DNA of 64,000 nucleotides. Source: Nitrososphaerota archaeon. Lineage in GTDB: Archaea > Thermoproteota > Nitrososphaeria_A > Caldarchaeales > Caldarchaeaceae. Below, piece after piece: positions 45,582-54,001 of this stretch. The stretch spans positions 64,001-128,000 of the forward strand of contig JBEPYN010000001.1 of NCBI GenBank assembly GCA_041641305.1, given 5' to 3'. Made by a program: the position numbers and the translations under genes. The first letter of the stretch is position 1, and the number at the start of each line of letters is the position of its first letter. Below the pieces are notes generated by a model that saw only the letters and a list, made by a program, of their open reading frames with translations, was not told the DNA's origin and did no database searches.

Positions 45582-47485
45582 CGTGGATTAATAAGCTTGT
45601 CTAAAACATGACATCGGCCGAAAGGAATCTGTGCAGCAACCGCTTCAACCCTCTCACCAACCGGTTCCAACCCAAGAATTTCCAGTATTTTCGTAGCCGC
45701 TTGAGAGGCTTTCACGGTGCCCGGCCTAATCTCCACAAAAGGTTTTCCCAAACTAGTGGCCGTCAGGTAGGGGACAATCCTAACTTCATCGTCGTTGAGA
45801 CATACTGCGGCAAGTCTTAGCTCTATTAAGTAGAAGTTTTTGGGGCCATAAACCATGAAGGAGCCTTTTGGCAAGTATTGTCCAGAGGGTGGGCTGAATG
45901 ATACCTGTTCCGCCTCAACCGCAAACACAGACACGTTGCTGAAGTTTTCCCGCCAAGCCCTGCTGTAACACCCCACCATCTGTGCACATTCTTCAACATC
46001 AGTCTCGGATGCCTTGACGCCGTTTTTAAGAATCGCCGCAGGTGAACCTGGAATTTCAGTGTGTAGAACAAGGTCACTCTCCTCAAGATGCCGTTTAAGT
46101 AGCAAAATGTTGCTGCGGCCATCCTTACCCAACATGGCCCTGAACCCGCCTGATGTGACAAATTCTCTGAAAGGTTTTGGTTTTGACGCGCTCTTTTTAA
46201 CCACTACGATGGGCCGAGGCTCTGCTTGGAGGGAGATCGTCTCCATCTTTTGCTCTATCTCAGCGATTTCCTGCCTCAACTTCTCCAACGCCTTCTTCAC
46301 AGTCTTCAGCTCCTCATACAGCGGCCCGAGCTGTTTAAGCGGTGATGTTTCTTTATTTATGGCGACCTTTAACTCCTCTTTACTGAATAAAATTTTTCCG
46401 TCTTGGATTTCTGCCTCTAGACCTGTTGCCTCCCTAACTCTCGGTAAGGCCTCGGCAGGCTTCTGCCAAAGCACTTCCCAGAAATCCAACGCCTGCTTAA
46501 CGCCCGATATAAACAGCTCAAGGCTTGTTTTCCTTTTCTCAAGAGTTTCAATAGTGTATAACCTGTGTTCCTTTTCCCTATTTAGGTCCTCAATGAGTGT
46601 GAGACCCTTCTTCTCCAGCTCCTGATAACGCAGACGTTTCAACTCCTCAAGATAGGCCGTGAAAACTGCTTCCGAGAATGAGCTAACCTCCTTTTTGGGA
46701 TGACTGCTGAGTGATTGAAACTCTGTTACACATGGAATTAATTCGGAGTCTCTCAAGTAGAGTCTAGGACGCGGATTCTCTAGCTCATGCCTGAGCTCTT
46801 TCCACACGTTGTTGAGACGCTTCACCTCCTCGTCTCCGATTTGTTCGACCCGCAGCTTTTTATCCAGACCCGCTTGCGCCAACAGCTCCTCTGCAAATTT
46901 ACCGCCTAGACCGAGATCTCGAGCCAAAGCGACTACAAGATGAGTCTTGGGGTTTAAGCCTTCGAGGGAAAAAAGATCCGCCGCCTCCTCTGCGTGTAAG
47001 CCTCTGGTCGGTGGAGGCTGATATTTCTCACCAATTTTCAGCACACGGGCCGATGATTCATGTTTTTCAAGAAGCCATTCCACTACACCGTCCTTCACCA
47101 AAGCTATGTTGCCTGGCGGCATGCATTCGACGAATACTTCATAGCCGTTCAGCTCCAAGGTTACAATTCTTTCTCCAGCGACCTGCTTGAGGTCGGTTAT
47201 ACGTTTGCCGACAATTTTTCTCCGGAGCTGGAGAACCTGATGAGACGGTGTGGCCTCTTTTTCAACTGTCTGCTCCGTGTAGAAAACCGCGTAACCCGAA
47301 GCAAGCCAGAGCTCTCCGCTGCCCGTTCCAGGCTTCCATGTCTTCAGCACAATCGTCTTCGGACCAACACCGTAAACATTTCTAACAAACGAGTTCAGAA
47401 CCCTGTCTCGACACTCCGCGACGAGCACGCCAATCTCATAAGTGTTGAGCCCGGGCAATTCTCCGCCACTACAATTTTGCGCCAA
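45578..47485 (-). CDS. rqcH: Ribosome rescue factor RqcH/Rqc2 (NFACT)
   Basis: LRRK..G.RI..., GERIV, GNI.LV, Y.PPP, NFACT-R GKDG.SN, H.EIPGSP, QVS..PPSGQYLPKGSFMVYG. Confidence 0.88.
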   Translation of the reverse strand: MAQNCSGGELPGLNTYEIGVLVAECRDRVLNSFVRNVYGVGPKTIVLKTWKPGTGSGELWLASGYAVFYTEQTVEKEATPSHQVLQLRRKIVGKRITDLKQVAGERIVTLELNGYEVFVECMPPGNIALVKDGVVEWLLEKHESSARVLKIGEKYQPPPTRGLHAEEAADLFSLEGLNPKTHLVVALARDLGLGGKFAEELLAQAGLDKKLRVEQIGDEEVKRLNNVWKELRHELENPRPRLYLRDSELIPCVTEFQSLSSHPKKEVSSFSEAVFTAYLEELKRLRYQELEKKGLTLIEDLNREKEHRLYTIETLEKRKTSLELFISGVKQALDFWEVLWQKPAEALPRVREATGLEAEIQDGKILFSKEELKVAINKETSPLKQLGPLYEELKTVKKALEKLRQEIAEIEQKMETISLQAEPRPIVVVKKSASKPKPFREFVTSGGFRAMLGKDGRSNILLLKRHLEESDLVLHTEIPGSPAAILKNGVKASETDVEECAQMVGCYSRAWRENFSNVSVFAVEAEQVSFSPPSGQYLPKGSFMVYGPKNFYLIELRLAAVCLNDDEVRIVPYLTATSLGKPFVEIRPGTVKASQAATKILEILGLEPVGERVEAVAAQIPFGRCHVLDKLINPR

Positions 47486-47524
47486 GATTTAATTCATGGG
47501 TTTAACAGAAGCAGGCGGACTGAA

Positions 47525-47800
47525 ATGGCAATAGATGTTGTCTACTGGTCAAAATTCACGATTGGACTCGGTTACGGGGTTTTAGCTGCTTGGTTGGCAG
47601 CGTCTAACCCAACACCAGCAGTAACCTACCTCCTCATATTCGGGGCCGCATTACTATACCTCTTTGTTTCAGAGGTTTTCTGGAGGGTTTTAGACAACAA
47701 AGTAAGTAGACGTAGATCCTATTTGAATGGCATCGGCGGATACAGCGGTGTTTTTCTGCTCGTCTGGATACTTACGTTTAACCTGTTTGTTGGACCTTGA
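47525..47800 (+). CDS. Small 3-TM protein, EMC6 / Rab5ip (OPTI)-like
   Basis: DVVYWSK...G..YGV...; YLNGIGGY..VFLLVWILTFNL; real ATG at 47525 (ORF-track extension overlaps rqcH). Confidence 0.65.
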   Translation: MAIDVVYWSKFTIGLGYGVLAAWLAASNPTPAVTYLLIFGAALLYLFVSEVFWRVLDNKVSRRRSYLNGIGGYSGVFLLVWILTFNLFVGP

Positions 47801-48140
47801 CTTTCTGGGGCTCGGGCAATTTGTCTATGAGGGTCAGCACCGTGTACCATGCCTCGAAATATCTGTCATTAGAGCCGTGAAGCTTGGCCAATGCGTTGAA
47901 ATGCTCTGCAATTTTCTTTATGTTTTTTCGATGGATGTCATTGTTGTAAATCGTGTATATGAGGGAGTCCGTGTCTTCTCCGACGTAGCTCAAATAGATG
48001 CCTCGTAGGGCGTGTAGATACCGTGTGTCCTCTGGATGTTTCTCGGAGAGCTGGTTCAGCATGCGCTCGGCCTCTGTGAGTTTGTTTCTGAAGAGTGTTT
48101 CCAGAAACTCCTCAGTCTCCTTCTTCGAAACTTGGCCCAT
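47778..48140 (-). CDS. Hypothetical helical protein directly downstream of radA
   Basis: 120-aa ORF whose ATG abuts the radA stop. Confidence 0.7.
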   Translation of the reverse strand: MGQVSKKETEEFLETLFRNKLTEAERMLNQLSEKHPEDTRYLHALRGIYLSYVGEDTDSLIYTIYNNDIHRKNIKKIAEHFNALAKLHGSNDRYFEAWYTVLTLIDKLPEPQKVKVQQTG

Positions 48141-49124
48141 TCACTCGGTCGCCTCCACATCTTCGACGCCTCTCTCTGTGATTTTGAAGACGGCTTCACC
48201 CTCTGGCAGGTAAGGGCTTGAAACCAACCTCGCTATGCGGAGTGGTTTTCCCGAGACTTTCCGGAGAAATACTCTGTTGTGGCTTGTGTGGCCGACTATG
48301 TGTCCGCCGATGGGGTAAACGGCCATTGTGCTGAAGATGTCGTCGGGCTTTGCCATGACCTGGTTTGTCACTACTGCTGCGATATTGAAGGCTCGGCACA
48401 GCCTTATCAATTTGTGCATGTGCTTGTTTAGCTTCTGCTGCCTCTCGGGTAGAAGCTGGCGGCCAAGATATTCGCTGCGGAAATGGGATGTTAGCGAGTC
48501 CACGATGATAAGCTTAACATTCTTCTCCTTGATTATTTTATCTGCTTTCTCCACGAGTAGGATTTGGTGGTCGCTTGTATATGCTTCGGCGTAGATAATT
48601 CGTTCAAGCACCTCGTCAGGATTTAGGCCAAGACTGTTGGCCATCGATGTTATCCTCTCTGGTCTGAAGGTGTTCTCGGTGTCGATGTAAAGGGCTGAAC
48701 CGTCGAGGCCGCCGCGTCTGACGGGGAGTTGAACGTTTACAGCGAGTTGATGACACAGCTGTGACTTGCCCGAGCCAAACTCTCCGAAAAACTCGGTGAT
48801 GGCCTGTGTCTCGACACCTCCTCCTATCAAGAGGTCCAGCCTCGTGCTCCCGGTGGTTACGCGGCCGATGTTTGTCTTGATTTCAGCCAACTCCTTCGCT
48901 GTTACCCAGGCAATCTCAATCCCCTCACGTGCAGCTGAAATGATTCGGGCAGCATGTTCCTCATCAACACCCGCAGCAACCAGCTCCGAGACAGTCGCGG
49001 TCGCGATAGACTCTACAGTCGAGTATCCAAGCTCCCTGAGTTTTTCAGCTAACTTGGCCGAGACGCCCGGCAGCTCCTCGATGTCGTTGTAGCGCTGGCT
49101 CAAGTCTTTCCCACATTCGACCAT
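48141..49124 (-). CDS. radA: DNA repair and recombination protein RadA
   Basis: HhH N-domain, [36 protein letters not shown]. Confidence 0.98.
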   Translation of the reverse strand: MVECGKDLSQRYNDIEELPGVSAKLAEKLRELGYSTVESIATATVSELVAAGVDEEHAARIISAAREGIEIAWVTAKELAEIKTNIGRVTTGSTRLDLLIGGGVETQAITEFFGEFGSGKSQLCHQLAVNVQLPVRRGGLDGSALYIDTENTFRPERITSMANSLGLNPDEVLERIIYAEAYTSDHQILLVEKADKIIKEKNVKLIIVDSLTSHFRSEYLGRQLLPERQQKLNKHMHKLIRLCRAFNIAAVVTNQVMAKPDDIFSTMAVYPIGGHIVGHTSHNRVFLRKVSGKPLRIARLVSSPYLPEGEAVFKITERGVEDVEATE

Positions 49125-49172
49125 TCACTGGGCTTATAAAAACTAATAGCTGGTCAACCCACTCCAATTCTC

Positions 49173-50402
49173 ATGAAAGCTGTTCTTGTTGTCTTGGATG
49201 GCCTGGGTGATAGACGGTGTAAAAGCCTTGGTTACTTGACTCCTTTACAGGCTGCTCGTAACAGGGTTTTGGACCGTTTAGCTGCCGAGGGTGAGACGGG
49301 TTTGGTTGATGTGGTTGCTCGTGGTGTTCCTAACGGAAGTGACACGGGTCATCTTGCCCTGCTCGGCTACGACCCATACACATGCTACACAGGTAGAGGG
49401 CCCTTTGAGGCGTTGGGAGCAGGCCTCAGCCTAGGCCCCGAAGACGTAGCTTTCCGATGCAACTTCGCCACAGTGGCCGATGACGGAACAGTTCTCGACA
49501 GGCGGGCTGGCCGCTTACCGACCGAGGACAGCAGGGAGCTGGCGAAATCCTTGCAAACGATGGAGATCGATGGTGTAGAGCTAACATTTAGACACACCGT
49601 TGAACACCGGGGAGTTCTAATCATGAGAGGTGAGAAATTATCCCACCGTGTCTCAAACGTTGACCCCCATGGCAAAACCTCCACAGTCCAGAAACCAAAG
49701 CCGCTCGACGATTCGCCTGAGGCATATAAAACCGCACAAGTTCTCGAAAAATACCTGGAGAAAACAAGACAGATCCTACAAACCCATCCAGTCAATGTCA
49801 AGAGACGGGAGAAAAATCTACCACCCGCAAACTACATCCTTACACGTGGAGCCGGGAAGCTGCCCAGCTTAACGCCTTTTGAGAAAAAATATGGGTTGAG
49901 GGCCGCGGTCGTCGCCGGCGGAGCCCTCTACAAAGGTGTATGCAAGGCGGCTGGCTTCGATGTTGTAGATGTTGAGGGCGCAACAGGCACAGTCAACACA
50001 AACCTCGGAAACAAAATCAAAGCCGTCACAGAATCCCTCAAAACACATGACTTTGTCATGCTACATGTCAAGGCCACCGACACGCTTAGCCACGACAAAA
50101 AACCTCGCGAGAAAGCCGGGATGATCAACCGTGTTGGCGAAGCGCTTGGCACCATGCTTGAGCAACTGTCTTCAGACACCTATGTAGCCGTGACAGGCGA
50201 TCACACAACGCCGTCGGAGATTGGCGACCACAGGGGAGACCCGGTCCCAGTTCTGATATGGGGCCCGGATGTAAGAGGCGATGATGTTACGATGTTTGAC
50301 GAGATAAGCTGCCAGTCTGGCGGGCTCGGCAGAATAAGAGGAGTAGACCTGATGCCCATACTCGCCAACTATCTGGGCACTCTGGAGCTGTACGGCGAAT
50401 GA
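49173..50402 (+). CDS. apgM: 2,3-bisphosphoglycerate-independent phosphoglycerate mutase (archaeal)
   Basis: LDGLGD, TPLQAA, GSDTGHL, YTGRGPFEALG, TGDHTTP. Confidence 0.95.
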   Translation: MKAVLVVLDGLGDRRCKSLGYLTPLQAARNRVLDRLAAEGETGLVDVVARGVPNGSDTGHLALLGYDPYTCYTGRGPFEALGAGLSLGPEDVAFRCNFATVADDGTVLDRRAGRLPTEDSRELAKSLQTMEIDGVELTFRHTVEHRGVLIMRGEKLSHRVSNVDPHGKTSTVQKPKPLDDSPEAYKTAQVLEKYLEKTRQILQTHPVNVKRREKNLPPANYILTRGAGKLPSLTPFEKKYGLRAAVVAGGALYKGVCKAAGFDVVDVEGATGTVNTNLGNKIKAVTESLKTHDFVMLHVKATDTLSHDKKPREKAGMINRVGEALGTMLEQLSSDTYVAVTGDHTTPSEIGDHRGDPVPVLIWGPDVRGDDVTMFDEISCQSGGLGRIRGVDLMPILANYLGTLELYGE

Positions 50403-50773
50403 GTGGAGCCAGGATACCGATTGTTGTTCAGGTTGAGGGGCTTGAGAAGGTTGAAGGAGAGCTTCACAGATTCGCGGCTCCGCTTACCGTGGACGAGGTT
50501 GTCAAAAGGCTGCCCCTCGAAGGGTTTATTGCCAGATGGCAGAACGCCGTCTACATAATAACCGAGATTAGAAGAGGTGTGGAGAAATCGGTCAACAAAC
50601 TGGAGAAGGGAGACATCTTTTACTGGTCTCCAGAACGGGCCATCGGCATCTCCTTATCACAGTACGCCGCACCAAGCCAGACAATCAAGATTGGGAGTGT
50701 CGGAGAAGGTGCCCAGGAGATAGCAAAAGCCCGTGTAGGCGCTATGATGCGGATTTTTTCGAAGACTTTTTAG
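50399..50773 (+). CDS. Cyclophilin-like fold protein (DUF369-like)
   Basis: AP.TV......LPLEG...W...VY......G.E......GDI.YW. Confidence 0.75.
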   Translation: MSGARIPIVVQVEGLEKVEGELHRFAAPLTVDEVVKRLPLEGFIARWQNAVYIITEIRRGVEKSVNKLEKGDIFYWSPERAIGISLSQYAAPSQTIKIGSVGEGAQEIAKARVGAMMRIFSKTF

Positions 50774-51107
50774 CCTTGGCAGGCTTTTCTACAGTTGCGA
50801 CCGTTTTTGCTTCAGAGGCCGACGTCTGTACTAGGGGTGCGTAGACCCTTACCCTGTTGCTTCCCACCACTTCTTTGACCCATCCTTTTGAGACCAGTTC
50901 ACGGAGAATGGCCTTGGCTACGGACAGCCTCACTCTGAACCGTTCCGCGACGGCTGAGGGGGTCAAAACCCTAACACTCTTGACATATTCTCCAACCTCC
51001 TCGAGCGAAGGAGAGGCCACACCCATAACACCCCTCTCAACAGCCTCCTCCTTCCTCTCCTGTGTCTTCTTCTCTTTGCCGCCCTTCTTCTTGGCCTCCG
51101 AGCTCAC
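50742..51107 (-). CDS. rps25e: 30S ribosomal protein S25e
   Basis: VLTPSAVAERF.VRLSVAK.ILREL..KG...VY; Lys-rich termini. Confidence 0.9.
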   Translation of the reverse strand: MSSEAKKKGGKEKKTQERKEEAVERGVMGVASPSLEEVGEYVKSVRVLTPSAVAERFRVRLSVAKAILRELVSKGWVKEVVGSNRVRVYAPLVQTSASEAKTVATVEKPAKAKKSSKKSAS

Positions 51108-51167
51108 GATCTAATCAGCGAAAAGCTTAGTTAATAAGGCTTAAACGGTCGTCAGCGAAAGCATGGA

Positions 51168-51953
51168 ATGTTGAAGCCCAGCGTCAAGTACCTTGGAAGA
51201 GTCGCAGTGGTCAGGGTGCCGAGAGGCTCCACCTTAGACCTTACAGAGTTCGCCAGAGAGATAATGATGAGAAACAGCGGTGTGGAAACTGTTCTGGAGA
51301 TTGAAAGGGTCGAGGGACCGTACAGGGTTCCGGTGGTTCGGCATGTTGCTGGCAGCCTCGACACGGTCACAACAGTCAAGGAGGACGGCATAGTGTACAC
51401 TTTCGACGCCTCTCGCCTCATGTTCTCGCTGGGAAACTTTGAGGAGAGGCGGAGAATAAGGTCGCTGATCAAGCCTGGGGAAACGGTGGTGGACATGTTC
51501 GCGGGCGTGGGCCAATTTACTCTCCCGGCGGCAAAGTCGGAGGCAAGCCATGTCTATTCCTTCGAAATTAATGGAGAAGCCTTCACCTACCTCGTTAAGA
51601 ACATAAGGCTCAACCATGTCGAGCACAAAGTTACCCCATATCACAGAGATTGTCGATACGCTGTAGACATTGGTCTTGAAGAATGTGCAGACCGAGTACT
51701 GATGGGCTACTTCAGGGAGACCGCCGAGTATCTTCCCACCGCGTTCCAACTTCTCAAGAACCGAGGAGGGTTTATTCATTTTCATGAGCTTGCCGAAAAC
51801 AGTGTCGGCTGGGCCACTCTCTACAAGATTGTCTCAGAATACGCTGAAAGATGCGGCTACCTGGTCGAGCTCGTAAACAAACGTGTCGTCAAAACTTATT
51901 CACCAAAGTTGAGCCACTGGGTTCTGGACCTATTCGCTCGCCGAAAGCTTTGA
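51168..51953 (+). CDS. Trm5/Taw2 (Met-10+) family tRNA-modifying SAM transferase
   Basis: KEDG..Y.FD...MFS.GN.EER, VDMFAGVG.F, EIN..A, ADRVLMGY, VKTYSP...HWVLD. Confidence 0.88.
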   Translation: MLKPSVKYLGRVAVVRVPRGSTLDLTEFAREIMMRNSGVETVLEIERVEGPYRVPVVRHVAGSLDTVTTVKEDGIVYTFDASRLMFSLGNFEERRRIRSLIKPGETVVDMFAGVGQFTLPAAKSEASHVYSFEINGEAFTYLVKNIRLNHVEHKVTPYHRDCRYAVDIGLEECADRVLMGYFRETAEYLPTAFQLLKNRGGFIHFHELAENSVGWATLYKIVSEYAERCGYLVELVNKRVVKTYSPKLSHWVLDLFARRKL

Positions 51954-52298
51954 CTTGAGCCATTTGGCGACCTGTGTTAAGAGACTGCTTCTTGAGACGT
52001 TGATTACCATGGCTTCGGGCCCCTTCTCGACACTTAGCATCGGTGAATAGTTCGCCATGGGGGCGAAGGACACACTCATCCAGAAAACACGTCCGTTCAA
52101 AAGCTCCTCCACAACCTTAGCGTTGTTTGTCGGAACTGGGATGGGGAGAAAAACAACTCCCTCAGCCCAATAAAGCACTGCAGGCTGGCCCGGCGGCAGC
52201 ATCATGTTCCTTACGAGCTCCTCAGCCGACGGAAACCGAATATACTCCATTATAATCAGCTCCTTAACCGGCTGGTGAACGATTTCCACCATGTACAT
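51930..52298 (-). CDS. Conserved hypothetical protein
   Basis: 122-aa ORF with P.KELII.E...L.WAEGV.F; ATG and upstream TTTAAAA. Confidence 0.7.
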   Translation of the reverse strand: MYMVEIVHQPVKELIIMEYIRFPSAEELVRNMMLPPGQPAVLYWAEGVVFLPIPVPTNNAKVVEELLNGRVFWMSVSFAPMANYSPMLSVEKGPEAMVINVSRSSLLTQVAKWLKSKLSASE

Positions 52299-52535
52299 CG
52301 ATCATTCGATTATCCTTTTAAAGTTTCACGGAGACATTCATAATTACTTGAAGCAATTTACAAACAGGGATATACTTCGAATAGTGGTTTGCATCATCAG
52401 CAGAGGCTTGTTCGCTGCTATGAATCGATGATTTACCGGGTGGATTCGGACAATACTTGCCCCGCGGCCACACCTGAAAAGTGAATATTTTATTTCGGAA
52501 AACGGTTAAAAACGGGGGACAATCTTCATCAAACG

Positions 52536-52808
52536 TTGGTCATTGAGTCTTTGGGGGCCTGGCTGAGTATTGGGTCTATGTTTCTCAGCACAGCCATTTT
52601 AGGCCTTCTCGCAGTTAGAGGCGGCTCCAGCAGGAACGCGGTTCTCTTTAGCCTATTATCACTATTTACCTTAACCCACGGGTTATGGCATCTCGCACTA
52701 TATCTGGGGCAGAGGTGGATTGCGGTATATCTCAACCCAATCTCAGCCCTCCTACTTCTAGTATTCACGCTCATTTACTTTAGGAGGTATACGTTCTTTG
52801 GAGGCTGA
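52536..52808 (+). CDS. Small 3-TM membrane protein with intramembrane HxxxH
   Basis: Three hydrophobic segments; THGLWH; TTG start about 25 nt after TTAAAAA. Confidence 0.7.
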   Translation: MVIESLGAWLSIGSMFLSTAILGLLAVRGGSSRNAVLFSLLSLFTLTHGLWHLALYLGQRWIAVYLNPISALLLLVFTLIYFRRYTFFGG

Positions 52809-53082
52809 CATCGGTGAAATAATAACCATAGCAGGCCTAGCATCCTCACTCATCTTGTTACTGATACTGATCTATAGACATGCTAACGCAGACGTTCCGC
52901 GCCTTGCATCCTTCAAGACATGGCTTGCGATTGCCCTCGTCATATGGATTGCAGGTGAATTAGTCAACCTAATGGGCTTGTCTCTTGCGTTGGCTAGGAC
53001 AATACATACAGTTTCGATGGTTTTGTTCCCACTCATAATCATTGTGAAGGGTAGGAAGTTGCTTAGGAGGAGGTTACGCTGA
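52798..53082 (+). CDS. Small 3-TM membrane protein
   Basis: Three hydrophobic segments with WIAGE and IHTVSM; SD AGGAGGT; overlaps both neighbours. Confidence 0.7.
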   Translation: MEADIGEIITIAGLASSLILLLILIYRHANADVPRLASFKTWLAIALVIWIAGELVNLMGLSLALARTIHTVSMVLFPLIIIVKGRKLLRRRLR

Positions 53083-53783
53083 TGGTGGAACGTGTCGTAA
53101 CCGGCGTCAGGGGACTTGACGCCATCCTTAATGGAGGTCTGCCAAAGGGCTCCATGACAGCCGTGGTAGGACCTCCCGGCTCCGGGAAAACCTCTCTTGG
53201 GCTTCAGTATCTGGTGGCCGCGGCTAGTCTGGGCAAGCCGGCGGCTTATATGCTCACCTTCTCTCCCAAGACATTGGACACGATTGCAGAGAGCTTCGGC
53301 TGGCCACTCGAGTTTCTGCGAAAACTGGAGATTTTGTACCTATATTCCACAGATTCGGAGGATGTAAAAACCTTTCGGTATTCAGCCAACATATTCCAAT
53401 TAACCGATATCAGCATAATCTTAAACGGTTTATTGGATAAAGTGAATATTTCAGACAACATGCGACTAGTTATAGATTCCCTTAGCGATATAATGATACT
53501 CCACAAGGATGAGGCAGCTCTAGCCACGTTCATCCGAGCCGTCAAGTCAAAACTCCAGCAGAAGAGCGTAACGTCGCTGGTCATGATTGAGGAAGGAATG
53601 CATGACGCCAAATTAATGGCGATGGTGGAGTACATCTGCGATGGCACAATAGTTCTTAAGCAAGAAGACGACGAGCGGCTATTGAAGGTCAGGCGGATGC
53701 TGGGCACATCCCCCTCAGCTGGGTGGAAACGTTTCACGATATCGAGTGGTCTAGAGCTATTTGCTGACGGGTTCTTTTATTAG
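53082..53783 (+). CDS. Single-domain KaiC/RAD55-like RecA-fold ATPase
   Basis: TGVRGLD.IL.GGLP, GPPGSGKT, RLVIDSLS, EYICDG.I.L. Confidence 0.9.
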   Translation: MVERVVTGVRGLDAILNGGLPKGSMTAVVGPPGSGKTSLGLQYLVAAASLGKPAAYMLTFSPKTLDTIAESFGWPLEFLRKLEILYLYSTDSEDVKTFRYSANIFQLTDISIILNGLLDKVNISDNMRLVIDSLSDIMILHKDEAALATFIRAVKSKLQQKSVTSLVMIEEGMHDAKLMAMVEYICDGTIVLKQEDDERLLKVRRMLGTSPSAGWKRFTISSGLELFADGFFY

Positions 53784-54001
53784 GCAGGTAGGTTCTGCTC
53801 CGTAGCGGGTTTTTAATCTAATGCTATGGGACATGTGCTGCAGACCACGCGATTAGGCAGGCTTATGCAGAGAAAAACGAATGGCGACGACTTTGCTACA
53901 GCATGAAGAGCTATGAACATCATGAACACCTGCCACCACCTCTTCACATGTGCGGAGAATCTCTGCGATAAATTTTTAAGCACTTAACCTTAGATACTCT
54001 A

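Noticed and set aside
47060-47524. Long N-terminal extensions in the ORF track (also 1628-1882, 27429-27629, 58438-58617)
   Set aside because: They overlap well-supported genes; downstream starts give sensible proteins.
53784-54001. Small ORFs in the gap after the KaiC-like gene (a 44-aa minus-strand GTG ORF; a startless plus frame)
   Set aside because: No recognisable motif or convincing start signal.
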